Made by a program: the position numbers and the translations under genes. The notes beneath the pieces were generated by a model. That model was not told the origin of the DNA. It saw only the letters and a program-made list of their open reading frames with translations, and ran no database searches. Of a DNA stretch of 64,000 nt, positions 9,656 through 19,133 are shown in pieces. The stretch comes from Planctomycetaceae bacterium (GTDB lineage Bacteria; Planctomycetota; Planctomycetia; Planctomycetales; Planctomycetaceae): contig JAWKTX010000014.1 in the NCBI GenBank assembly GCA_041398825.1, positions 77,110-141,109 on the forward strand, read 5' to 3'. Numbering within the stretch: position 1 is the first letter of the stretch; each line of letters starts with the position of its first letter.

Positions 9656-12600
9656 ATGAAACTGTTTTTCAATTACCGACGCGATGACACAGACGATTTG
9701 GCTGGACGTCTGCATGATCGATTGTCGGTAGAATTCGGCGCGGAGAATATTTTTAAGGACGTCGATTCCATCCGACCGGGCCAAAACTGGCGAGTCGCAC
9801 TGGAGCGGTCGATTGCTTCGTCGGATATCGTTTTGGCGATCATCGGAAAGCAATGGCTGACAATTACGGATGAGTTGGGGCAGCGACGGATCGATGCGGA
9901 AGAGGATTTTGTACGTTTTGAGCTCGAGGCGGCTCGCAGAGCTGGCAAGATCATTTTGCCAGTTGTTGTCAAAGGGGCCAGCATCCCCAATCCGTCGCTG
10001 CTGCCTGAGTCCATCCGGTGGCTTTGTGATTTTCAGCAGTCTGAACTGCGAGCAGATCCATTCTTCAAGGACGATGTTGCCCGACTCCTGGCCGAGCTCG
10101 TGCGAATTCGGGACCGGCTCAAAGATCAGCAGGCTAAAGTCAGTGCTATGCCTGCCGGAAACAGAAATGTCAGCCACGAAGCCGGAGGGATTCTGCGATG
10201 CAGCAGCTGCCATGCCCAGTGTGATCGTTCCAGTCAATACTGTGACGTCTGCGGGGCCGGGTTATGGACGACATGCCCATCGTGCGAATTGCCAGTACCA
10301 CAGAATCAGGTGTTTTGCAGCGGCTGTGGCAGCAATCTTCCAAAGCTGCGAGAGTTGATTGAGTTTACTGAAAAGACCGAAAAGCGGTTTGCAAGAACTC
10401 TGGCGATCGCAGATCCCGGGGAGCGTATGCATTCGATGGCAACCCTGGCTCGTGAGATTGAAGCCGCCATCCGCATTTATCCAAAGCATCAGCCTCTGGC
10501 ACATCTGCATTTTCAGGCGACGGAAGTTCATCGCAGGTCCGCGCGTGACCTGGCGGACGCTGTTTACGAATCCGGAAAGCTGGATCTTGCCCGAGAACAG
10601 TATACCCTGCTCAAGCAAATTGACCCTCTCAGCGAACATGCCAACGTGCAACTCGCGGCAATCGATGCTCGCTTCAAAGCGGACGCGAAAGCCTATCGAG
10701 AGCGGATTGCAAAGGGTGATTTCAAAAGGGCCATCGAAATCATCCTCAAGCTGGTCGATGCTTTCCCGGAGGACAGGCAGCTACGGGAGGACTTGCAGCA
10801 GTGTCAGGCGATACAGGACCGAATTGTTCGACTGATTCCTGAAGGTATCAGAGATCTGAAACGGCGGAAACAGTTTCTGGCGCTGGAGCAGGAGCTGCTG
10901 TGGCTCCGTCAACAAAAGATTCCTGTCAGGAAGCTTGACGAATGGCTTCAGGAAACGAAATCCATCGTTCGGCAGGCAAACCATGAATTCCTGCAGGCAC
11001 AAAGTGAATTGCGAGAGGGCCGCTTTCGACAGACCAGAAAACTTGCAAATGTCGTACTGAATCTTACTGCAGACCACGCAGGTGCCCGGGAACTGCTGGC
11101 TGCAACCAGTGGTACGGAATTAATGATTGCGAAGCTCAACGGATTGCTGCGAAAACAGCAGTACTGTGCGGCTAATCAACTGGTAAAAAAGCTGGCGGAA
11201 GACAACATCTCGGATCCCAGAGTGATACGACTGGCGGCAGCAACAAATGTCGAAATCACGACACTGGATTCGTCGATTCGACTGATACTGATGTTGTTTA
11301 TCGTCGCGTTTGTCCCGGGATATATCATCGGAAACAAAGTCTTTGAACAGCTGCAACTCAGCCCTTCAGCCACTGGTAGTCTTGTACAAACTCTCATCTG
11401 GTTGGCGAGTATTTCTGCGATCCCGGTATTTCTTGCCACTGTGTTGACGTTTGCCTTACCCAATGGCGCAGAAAGAATCTCTCGTTTTGTCTTTGACTGG
11501 CTGCCATTCGGTCGTCTGACAAGAATGAAGAAACCTGCAGGCGAGCAAAATTCCGAATCTGACGAAGAGGAAGAACTGAGCAACACCGCAGAACTGGATT
11601 CACCGGCAATTGAGACGCCCATTCCCGAACATTCCGTTCCCGGACATGATGTCGCCACCGTATCGGATAGTTCTCTGCAGACTTCGCCAGCGGAAGTGCA
11701 GGTCAAAGATGCGGGATCGGTGAACACAACTCGTCTCTCAGGAGACGATCCCCCTGACCCATTGCTGACGGTGGGGGCGGATCGTTCTGCCGGTCTGCTG
11801 GAAATGCTGTCCGTTGGTGTTCTTTTGTATTGCGTGTCCGTCGCGTGCGGAAACAACTTGTGGAACTGGTTACTTGGCCTGCGTTTTGATGCCTCGGTCG
11901 AAACGGATGCCAGGACGGTTGAAATACTCCGTCCGTTTTCAAGCGTCTTTCCATTGCTCGGGGCAGCAGTGATCGCGGTTTTCATCGAATCGGCATCCCG
12001 ATGGCGTCGTATCCTGACCGCTGGTGGAATCGGAATTCTCATCCAACTGCTGACCGCCATCCTTTTTCCGACAGCGGCGAAGTCCATCCAGGCAATCGTT
12101 CTTGGATTGATTCTTCTGTTGGTCATTTCCGAAGTGCGACGCGTATCCGTTGGCCGTGTCCTGCTCGTTCAGTTGGGCGCATTGACTGGAGCAACTTTGG
12201 TGTTTTCGGCAGCAATCCTGCCTCTGTTGCTTGCAGCAATTCTGCTGGGCTTTGAAAGCCGGTCGATTCCAGCGGCGTCTTTTTTGCAGGTGTGCCTGAC
12301 ATCGTTATTAATGTGCCAGATCTACGTTTCTGGTTCTTCTGCTGGTTCACTGCAGATTTCACGACTAGCGGCTGACTATCCGGCAGTTCGCGGCACCATG
12401 TCGATTGGTGCGGGCTGGATCGCTGCGGCAATCATTACGATTTCGGTTAGCTGGCTCACGTCTATTGTCCGTGAAGAATGGCACGGCGTTGCAAAGTGGG
12501 TACTTCTTATCTTCATGCTGCAGATGATACCTTTCGGTTTATCAGGCAGACTCGGACTGCGTTCTCAGCGGCTTTGGTTACTGGTGAGCGTGGTCTGGAC

Positions 12601-12802
12601 CACAACAGTTGCGGCCTTGTGGTGGCTACTGCCGACATCAGCTCTGCTTATGTTCCCCGTCACATTTGCATTCAGTGCGATCAGCCTGCTTCGGCTGGAA
12701 ACCTGCAACGTATTTACTCACTGGAACACTATCTGGCAGCAAATAAGGGTCAGACACTCAAGGCGTATGTTCGTCATCCGGCAAGTTCTTCGCCGCAACT
12801 GA
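9656..12802 (+). CDS. TIR-domain protein fused to a double zinc ribbon, helical repeats and a polytopic membrane domain
   Basis: The N-terminus reads MKLFFNYRRDDTDDLAGRLHDRL...IFKDVDSIRPGQNW...SSDIVLAIIGKQWL...EDFVRFELEAARRAGKIILPVVV, the bacterial TIR_2 pattern. It is followed by CSSC..CDVC..CPSC..CSGC (four CxxC pairs), ~330 aa of helical/TPR-like sequence, 2 TM helices, an acidic linker (SESDEEEELS) and ~8-10 more TM helices. The track ORF starts at GTG 9617. The ATG at 9656 sits directly in front of the TIR core, so it is preferred. Confidence 0.8.
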   Translation: MKLFFNYRRDDTDDLAGRLHDRLSVEFGAENIFKDVDSIRPGQNWRVALERSIASSDIVLAIIGKQWLTITDELGQRRIDAEEDFVRFELEAARRAGKIILPVVVKGASIPNPSLLPESIRWLCDFQQSELRADPFFKDDVARLLAELVRIRDRLKDQQAKVSAMPAGNRNVSHEAGGILRCSSCHAQCDRSSQYCDVCGAGLWTTCPSCELPVPQNQVFCSGCGSNLPKLRELIEFTEKTEKRFARTLAIADPGERMHSMATLAREIEAAIRIYPKHQPLAHLHFQATEVHRRSARDLADAVYESGKLDLAREQYTLLKQIDPLSEHANVQLAAIDARFKADAKAYRERIAKGDFKRAIEIILKLVDAFPEDRQLREDLQQCQAIQDRIVRLIPEGIRDLKRRKQFLALEQELLWLRQQKIPVRKLDEWLQETKSIVRQANHEFLQAQSELREGRFRQTRKLANVVLNLTADHAGARELLAATSGTELMIAKLNGLLRKQQYCAANQLVKKLAEDNISDPRVIRLAAATNVEITTLDSSIRLILMLFIVAFVPGYIIGNKVFEQLQLSPSATGSLVQTLIWLASISAIPVFLATVLTFALPNGAERISRFVFDWLPFGRLTRMKKPAGEQNSESDEEEELSNTAELDSPAIETPIPEHSVPGHDVATVSDSSLQTSPAEVQVKDAGSVNTTRLSGDDPPDPLLTVGADRSAGLLEMLSVGVLLYCVSVACGNNLWNWLLGLRFDASVETDARTVEILRPFSSVFPLLGAAVIAVFIESASRWRRILTAGGIGILIQLLTAILFPTAAKSIQAIVLGLILLLVISEVRRVSVGRVLLVQLGALTGATLVFSAAILPLLLAAILLGFESRSIPAASFLQVCLTSLLMCQIYVSGSSAGSLQISRLAADYPAVRGTMSIGAGWIAAAIITISVSWLTSIVREEWHGVAKWVLLIFMLQMIPFGLSGRLGLRSQRLWLLVSVVWTTTVAALWWLLPTSALLMFPVTFAFSAISLLRLETCNVFTHWNTIWQQIRVRHSRRMFVIRQVLRRN

Positions 12803-13203
12803 GATCAGGGGATCGCTCAGTCGATCGCTGGAATGGATAAGCCTGAGCCATCGCCAGTAATCGAAGGCGACCATCTGCCGCTGTGTCGCGGAAAAGTAAC
12901 CTGCACTGAAGCGGCATTCATTCGTTGCCGCATATTCTGTGACGGGGTGGCGAAGGGTGAGGATTTACTCCGAGGGTTGTGCGACGCCGGACCGCGCTGG
13001 GGGTAGTCGTGTTCCTGACGCCCCGTGATTCTTCAATTTGCTACCGCTTGCCGACAGATCGACAAATGTGGCAGTGTTGAATACCCTTCAAATTTGTGGC
13101 TGATGACACGGCGCGGGCGGCTTCAGCAGAAATCATTTGTGGTGGAACTGGCAACGGCGGAAAAGACCAGAGGGAGTGGACGCTCCTTCGAGGAGACGAT
13201 TTG

Positions 13204-14253
13204 ATGCGGCTACTGGAAGAACTGACACAGGTGCCCTCGGTTCCTGGGCGGGAAGATCGAATTCGAGCCTTTATTCTGGATTACATTCGTGATCGGGAAC
13301 TGTTTGACGAGATCTCGGTCGATCCGATGGGCTCAATCATCGCTTTGCGAAAGGCACGCCCGATTGGCGGAGGGAGACCATCTGAGACTCCCAGGAAAGT
13401 CATGCTGGCAGCCCACATGGATCAAATTGGGTTTCTGGTTCGCCACATTGACGATCAGGGCTATCTGAGAGTCAACCCGGTCGGTGGATTTGACACAAGA
13501 AACCTGTTTGCTCGCCGGGTCAGGGTATGCACATCGAATGGAGATTTCGTTGGGATCATGAATCCGGGTGGCAAGCCGGTTCACATTGCCAGTGAAGCAG
13601 ACAAAAAGAAAGTGCCTGAGATTGGTGAATTCTTTATCGACCTGGGTATGTCCGCCGATGATGTCCGGGCCAACGTAGTTATTGGCGACATGGTTGTGCT
13701 CGATGGACCATTTTCGCACGTTGGACACAGCGTTGTTTCACAGTGCCTGGATAATCGTGTGGGGTGCTGGGCTCAATTGAAGGCCATTGAAAACATCCAG
13801 CACCACAATTGTGACATTTATGCTGTATTCTGTGTGCAGGAAGAAGTTGGCTTGCGTGGCGCACAGCCAGCGGCATTCGAGGTGGCTCCGGATATTGCAA
13901 TTGCCTGTGACACCACATTGTGCTGCAGGACGCCGGGAGTTCCTGAGGAAGATCGGGTTTCAGTAGCGGGTGACGGTGTCGTTCTTCACGTGATGGACTC
14001 GTCGATGATATCGGATATCCGACTCATTGAAGAACTGGAACAAATTGCACGGCAGCATTCGATTCCCTGCCAGCGGGCTATTCTTCCTCGCGGCGGCCAG
14101 GACGGCGCTGTCATCCAGCGAAGTCGTTCGGGAGTCAGAACCTTAGCCATGGCCTGCCCTGTCAAGTACATACATACGGTGACTGAAATGGCGCACAAGC
14201 TCGATCTGGAATCATATCATCAACTGTTGACGCGATGGCTTGAGAGTCTTTGA
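13204..14253 (+). CDS. M42-family metallo-aminopeptidase (FrvX / glutamyl aminopeptidase-like)
   Basis: The ORF contains MRLLEELTQVPSVPGRE...VMLAAHMDQIGFLVRHIDDQGYLRVNPVGG...DNRVGC...VQEEVGLRGA, the typical M42 motifs. The track ORF begins at GTG 13096; the ATG at 13204 matches the usual family N-terminus. Confidence 0.85.
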   Translation: MRLLEELTQVPSVPGREDRIRAFILDYIRDRELFDEISVDPMGSIIALRKARPIGGGRPSETPRKVMLAAHMDQIGFLVRHIDDQGYLRVNPVGGFDTRNLFARRVRVCTSNGDFVGIMNPGGKPVHIASEADKKKVPEIGEFFIDLGMSADDVRANVVIGDMVVLDGPFSHVGHSVVSQCLDNRVGCWAQLKAIENIQHHNCDIYAVFCVQEEVGLRGAQPAAFEVAPDIAIACDTTLCCRTPGVPEEDRVSVAGDGVVLHVMDSSMISDIRLIEELEQIARQHSIPCQRAILPRGGQDGAVIQRSRSGVRTLAMACPVKYIHTVTEMAHKLDLESYHQLLTRWLESL

Positions 14254-14429
14254 CAAGTTACGCAATCAGAATGCGCGATGGGAGGGGGTTCGCAGCCGTA
14301 AGTTCGCAAGGCCACAGGATGCGAAGGCCGCAACCCGGCGTGCCCCGGACTTTCTGAATCTGATCGTTCTGACTCGTTCCTTCCAGGTGTCGGTCATTTA
14401 AGTGGCCTTCTCAAGACAGGACCCGGTGT

Positions 14430-15131
14430 ATGCTGCCAAGAACGCCTGAACCCGAAGTCATGGATACTGTGGACGACGCTGTCGACTACGATCAAATGGA
14501 TCATAGTCATGTCAATCAGTTGTTTGTGGATGATTTTCTGGAGGCCTTGAGGGAATGGGCGGGCGGTGATCTGAACAGCTTATCCGCTTCATTACAAATC
14601 GTGGATCTGGGGACAGGAACGGCGCAGATTCCTGTGCGCCTGCTTCAGTCTTGGCCTCAATGCCGTCCGATCTCCGCCTGCGACCTGTCGGTCGAAATGC
14701 TCCGACTCGCAAAACGCAACATCTGCAACAGTGGATTCGACGGGCATATTCACCCGGTATTTTGCGACGCAAAGCGACTTCCATTCGGGGATCATTCTGT
14801 CGACGTAATTGTGTCGAACAGTATCGTGCACCACATTCCGGAACCCGCAGCGATTTTTGCAGAGGTGGCCCGGTGCCTGGTGAAAGGTGGCCTTTTGTTC
14901 TTCCGTGACCTGCTTCGACCAGCTACCCAGAATCATGTGGAAGAATTGGTGATGCTGTATGCCGCAAACGAAGCGCCTCATGCGCAGACGATGTTTCGGG
15001 AATCGCTCCACGCTGCGCTCACCATCGATGAAGTAAAACAGTTGCTTGCCGATGCCGGACTTCACGGTGCAAAGGTTCACCAGACCAGCGATCGGCACTG
15101 GACAGCGATCGTCGGCAAGGCCAATGCCTGA
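14430..15131 (+). CDS. class I SAM-dependent methyltransferase
   Basis: The 233-aa ORF has motif I IVDLGTGTAQIP and post-I/II elements (DVIVSNSIVHH, LVKGGLLFF). Confidence 0.8.
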   Translation: MLPRTPEPEVMDTVDDAVDYDQMDHSHVNQLFVDDFLEALREWAGGDLNSLSASLQIVDLGTGTAQIPVRLLQSWPQCRPISACDLSVEMLRLAKRNICNSGFDGHIHPVFCDAKRLPFGDHSVDVIVSNSIVHHIPEPAAIFAEVARCLVKGGLLFFRDLLRPATQNHVEELVMLYAANEAPHAQTMFRESLHAALTIDEVKQLLADAGLHGAKVHQTSDRHWTAIVGKANA

Positions 15132-15216
15132 ATGTGATTCACATCCAGTCAGTTGTTGTGGCGCGTGTTCTCCCCGTCGCTGACGGCTGGCTATCACGTA
15201 CGGACGGCAACACTTT

Positions 15217-17565
15217 CTAATTCGTCTTGTCTGCTGTCTGGCTGTATCCGCTTCGAATGAGACGGCGAGTGACGAAGAGTTCGAGCAGCAGAAAGCAGGG
15301 AAACAGGAAAATCAGAATCGCCCACAGTTCTGTGCGCGATTCGTCTCCGTACATCGACTTCGCCAGTTCAAGCACATTATCCACAAAGCGAACACGGTCG
15401 TTGACCCGCAGTCGTCCTCGATCATCCGCAGTGAGTTCCGTAAAGTCGTCTTCAGCGTGATCGTAGTTGACCACGAATCGATCCAGTCGGTCATCGGACA
15501 AGACTTCGGCACCAGTGGCATCTGGCGATGACCGAACGAAATCGTAGACTCCCGGCAGCCATGTTCGGGACAGAAGAAAAGTCGATGGATCGCCGACTTC
15601 GTTTCCTTTGGGAGCCTCAGCGGCGTGAAACTCCCTGGACGGATCGACAAAGCCAGCCAGCGACAGATCAACGGAAATGTTGTCCGTCTGTGGCGGCGCT
15701 GATGCCATCAGTGGTGCGCCGACCTCGACATTGTGGCGGATGCGCGAAGACGCGGACTGAAGGACAGCTTCATACAGGAACGGAACGAAATCGGCGGTGG
15801 TCGGGAGGTTGTTCCATTGACGAGTCAGTGACGAATTAAAAAGCAGCACATTTCCTTCTCCGTGACTGCATTGAAGCAACAGAGGGTCGCCCGTGGTCAG
15901 AGAGATGAGTACGTTAGGGCGTGGATTCACTTCGTCTGGATCCGTCAGGGTCGGACTCAGATCGATGCTGGTCTCGTCCGTGGCATCCGGCGGATCTGAG
16001 GAATTCGTGGCACTGAACAGTGGGTTCGGAATCGGTTCTGTGAGCAACGACAGCCACCATTTTTCGTAACTGGCAGTCAGAAATGAGCGAGCGGTGTCAG
16101 AGCGAAATCGGCTCAACCATCCCGTCTGCAGCGAATTCTGATCGACATGAACCCGTCGAGTATCATCCGGAGGAGCTTCGCGAAGACGATCAAGCTTTAC
16201 TCCGGCCAGTAAGCCGGTCGCCCCGAACAGTTCCTGAAAGTTGTCTGAGTTCGTCTGGGGTCCTGGCGAAATAAAGATACCGTTTCCTCTGCTGGCGTAC
16301 TCTGCCAGATAAGAGGCAATGCCTTCCGGTAGAGAGACCACATCAGCCAGAATCACCATCGCAGCCCGATCGATATCAGCTCGCGTGACGTCATGCTGAT
16401 CAACCGTTTTCGCTGAGATCCAGGGGGTTTCTTCGGACGCCCCGAGTGCGGTTTCCACGAAAAACGTCTCACGTTCGAAAGGATCCAGGGATGGACGACC
16501 ATTGACCAGCAGAACAGGTAATGCGGTGGTTACGACAATCGCGCAATGACTGACGTCATCTGCCTGAATTGCATCGTCTGCAGCGCTGGCGGCAACACTT
16601 AGCACCTGAGTCCCGACCTGGTTCAGGCGGACTTCGAATTCAACCGATGCCGCGCTTTGGCCCGGGATTCGAATCTTCTGCGTATGTTCGGCAAGTGGCT
16701 GGCCATTCAGCAGCAATCGAATGTCTGTATCCCGATCATCCGCTCCACTATTGTGGATCCGGGTATTGAGTCGCACCGGAAAACCGGGAACGGTCAAATC
16801 GCGGGGCAGTTCGATTTTCCCGATGGCGATGTTCTGTCGGACAGGAGCCAGATGCTGTGATACGTCGATGGACCAAAACCTGGGTTTGATGGTCGGGAAA
16901 GTCATGAGGTCTTCTATGCGAGCCCAGCTGGCATCATCTGCTGCATCCCAGCCCGCTCGCTGTCGGTCCGTGAGCAAGACAATCTCGCGAGCCGAGGCGC
17001 TGGACTTTGACAAAACGGCTATTGCCTGTTCCACGGAAGTCCTGACATCGATCGACCCTCCCGCATCGGGAATGGCATCAATTGCTTTTTTCACCAACTG
17101 GAGATCCTGCAGTGGAGATTCAACGACAAGCCTCGGTTGGTCGCGCGCGTCAATGACAGAAACACTGTCTCCTGGACCGAGCGTCTCCAGAAATTCGGCC
17201 GCACGTCGTTTTGCATTCTGGTGCAGTGTGTTTAATCCATCACCTCGCGTCATCGAATTGGAACCGTCAATGACGAGGACGATTGCGCGCGATCCCATGG
17301 ATCGGTAACCCGAAAAAAGGCCGCTTGGCAGCCAGGGCCGTGTAACTGCCATAACAAGCAGCGCAATCATGCTCATACGGATGAGCATCAGCAGCAGTTC
17401 TTCGAGTTTGAGCTTGCGGCGCGTCTTTCGGGCCGGGTTCAGAAACTGCATGGCTCCCCACTGGACAACATCAAACCGTCGGCGACTGATCAGATGGGCA
17501 ATGACGGCCAGGCTTACGCCAAGCAGACCAGTCAGCGCCAGGGGATTCATGAAGTACTGGAGCAT
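15217..17565 (-). CDS. BatA-type N-terminal double-TM protein with a VWA domain
   Basis: The 782-aa ORF has the N-terminus LALTGLLGVSLAVIAHLISRRR, followed by a second TM helix. The VWA MIDAS-like motif is AIVLVIDGSNSMT. A C-terminal TM anchor is also present. This is a common planctomycete architecture. Confidence 0.8.
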   Translation of the reverse strand: MLQYFMNPLALTGLLGVSLAVIAHLISRRRFDVVQWGAMQFLNPARKTRRKLKLEELLLMLIRMSMIALLVMAVTRPWLPSGLFSGYRSMGSRAIVLVIDGSNSMTRGDGLNTLHQNAKRRAAEFLETLGPGDSVSVIDARDQPRLVVESPLQDLQLVKKAIDAIPDAGGSIDVRTSVEQAIAVLSKSSASAREIVLLTDRQRAGWDAADDASWARIEDLMTFPTIKPRFWSIDVSQHLAPVRQNIAIGKIELPRDLTVPGFPVRLNTRIHNSGADDRDTDIRLLLNGQPLAEHTQKIRIPGQSAASVEFEVRLNQVGTQVLSVAASAADDAIQADDVSHCAIVVTTALPVLLVNGRPSLDPFERETFFVETALGASEETPWISAKTVDQHDVTRADIDRAAMVILADVVSLPEGIASYLAEYASRGNGIFISPGPQTNSDNFQELFGATGLLAGVKLDRLREAPPDDTRRVHVDQNSLQTGWLSRFRSDTARSFLTASYEKWWLSLLTEPIPNPLFSATNSSDPPDATDETSIDLSPTLTDPDEVNPRPNVLISLTTGDPLLLQCSHGEGNVLLFNSSLTRQWNNLPTTADFVPFLYEAVLQSASSRIRHNVEVGAPLMASAPPQTDNISVDLSLAGFVDPSREFHAAEAPKGNEVGDPSTFLLSRTWLPGVYDFVRSSPDATGAEVLSDDRLDRFVVNYDHAEDDFTELTADDRGRLRVNDRVRFVDNVLELAKSMYGDESRTELWAILIFLFPCFLLLELFVTRRLIRSGYSQTADKTN

Positions 17566-17752
17566 GATTCAGAAGGGCATCGCCCCTCCCCCGAATTTCG
17601 CGTTCGCCAAAGACAGCGTCAGCATGCAACTGATGCCGAACACTGGTTTGGAAGCAGACATTCTGTGGAAGCAGGAAGTCTCGTCGAACCCATGCAAGGT
17701 CCGGAATCTCATCCGGGACGGCCTGCACTGAGACTAACTTCCCTTCGGGACT

Positions 17753-18346
17753 CTATTGGACGAATGCAACGTAGTAAAACAAAAGCCCCGTGACAGAAGT
17801 CATCGTGATGTCGATTGTCGAAGCCCAGCCGAGTCGTTGATGTAATCGGCTGTGTGGTCCGGGCGACGGAGGATTGGGAAACTTCTTCAGAGCCAGCACA
17901 ATGGTTGCAATCCAAAGCAGCGGTGTGGTTACCGCGAACACCAGATGCAGCCACAGCCACGGCCGTACCTCAGCAATGCGAGCCGCAAATGCTGCGTCGT
18001 CAAGTCCCTGCTTTGCGACAATGTTTTCCCATCCGCCGTGAACGATTTGCAGGTCAATTTCAAAGGCGCCCACAGCCACGAGGAGGACAATTCCCAACAG
18101 CAATTGCATCGTTCGATGGAGGCCGTAGTTCTTGCGGACACGCACCATCCACAGGCTGTACAGCAGACAGGGAACAATAACCACCAAAGCTGTGACCACG
18201 AAGTCCAGCATGAATGATGTCTTGTATCCCAGAAATCCATCATTCAGCATGATTCGAGTTCTTCCCGTCGGTTCCCTGGAGGCAAACAGTGCATTTCGGC
18301 ATTTGATCCGATTGAGAATCTGCCTGGAAGCTTTCGGCATATTCAC
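17753..18346 (-). CDS. DUF420-like four-TM membrane protein
   Basis: The 197-aa ORF has 4 predicted TM helices. The His-containing segment before the last helix (HSRLHQRLGWASTIDITMTSVTGLLFY) resembles the DUF420/YozB family layout. The assignment is from memory. Confidence 0.55.
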   Translation of the reverse strand: MNMPKASRQILNRIKCRNALFASREPTGRTRIMLNDGFLGYKTSFMLDFVVTALVVIVPCLLYSLWMVRVRKNYGLHRTMQLLLGIVLLVAVGAFEIDLQIVHGGWENIVAKQGLDDAAFAARIAEVRPWLWLHLVFAVTTPLLWIATIVLALKKFPNPPSPGPHSRLHQRLGWASTIDITMTSVTGLLFYYVAFVQ

Positions 18347-18479
18347 GTCGGGGTTATAGCGATGCGACCGAGGCGTTCAAACAGGCATACAGCGAACTGG
18401 TGCATTTTCCACTCTCCGACAAACTCCCCCCCGAACAGCATCCGGTTTCGGAGGTAAAACCAGCGGATGAGATGTTTGG

Positions 18480-18851
18480 TCAGGATTCACTGGTGTTCAG
18501 GGCGGCATCCATCGCGGGGAAGCGGTTGCGGTGCCACCATCGCTCCCACCAGGTTGCCTTTCGCAGTAACGGGTCGCTCGCCGGGACGCTCCGCGTTTTC
18601 CCGCGTCGAGTCTTCAGATGGATGGTTCCATCATCTCCAACCGCATCAACAACCCAGAATTTGTCCACCACGTACGCGTAATCGTCTCCCATCTGCGCAG
18701 GGTGAATGGACCGGGCCCGAGGCCCCGGATGCCGACTGCGCTTGGGCATGGTGTAGATGACCAGGTCGCCTGGCCGGAATGAGATGTGCGGTTCCAAATC
18801 CGTTTTCCTTCGATCGGCGGAAATGAGCACGTCTTTCCGCCAACGGTCCAT
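18480..18851 (-). CDS. hypothetical small basic protein
   Basis: The 123-aa ORF lies on the same strand as, and upstream of, the DUF420 gene. Its composition is non-repetitive. No family was recognised. Confidence 0.4.
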   Translation of the reverse strand: MDRWRKDVLISADRRKTDLEPHISFRPGDLVIYTMPKRSRHPGPRARSIHPAQMGDDYAYVVDKFWVVDAVGDDGTIHLKTRRGKTRSVPASDPLLRKATWWERWWHRNRFPAMDAALNTSES

Positions 18852-19133
18852 TGAAGAATGGGTCTGACGCTCAGGAGCTGCCAGTGCGGGTCAGAACTCT
18901 TGTTTCAACAGCCTGCCGACCCATCTTTCAAACTGGTTTTATCCATGTGAATGTCACTGCACAACACGAATTCTCTCGTTTGTCACCCAAATTGCGACTG
19001 CGGGAGTTTCGGCAATTGCTGCTGCACGGGGATTTTCGGTCTGTATCGTTTTTCATCAGGAGTAGGGCACAGGTCGAACAACTTCTGGCCGATACTCAGG
19101 ATGTACCAGGTTCCTTAAAGTCTGCTGAGTTGA

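Noticed and set aside
9311-10237. 308-aa minus-strand ORF spanning the intergenic region and the 5' part of the TIR gene
   Set aside because: It is antisense to a region whose plus-strand translation has clear TIR and zinc-ribbon motifs. Its own translation is low-complexity (S/R/P-rich) with no motif. It is most likely a shadow ORF.
11176-12126. 316-aa minus-strand ORF inside the TIR-protein membrane domain
   Set aside because: It is an antisense shadow of a long open frame that encodes coherent TM helices. The Ser/Arg-rich translation is typical of a non-coding frame in GC-rich DNA.
12945-12975. Possible att-type repeat of the tRNA-Ser 3' end at the far side of the TIR/RyR gene pair
   Set aside because: Only an 8-nt match (agggtgag) exists, and it is in inverted rather than direct orientation. 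No integrase is present. This is insufficient to call an integrated island boundary.
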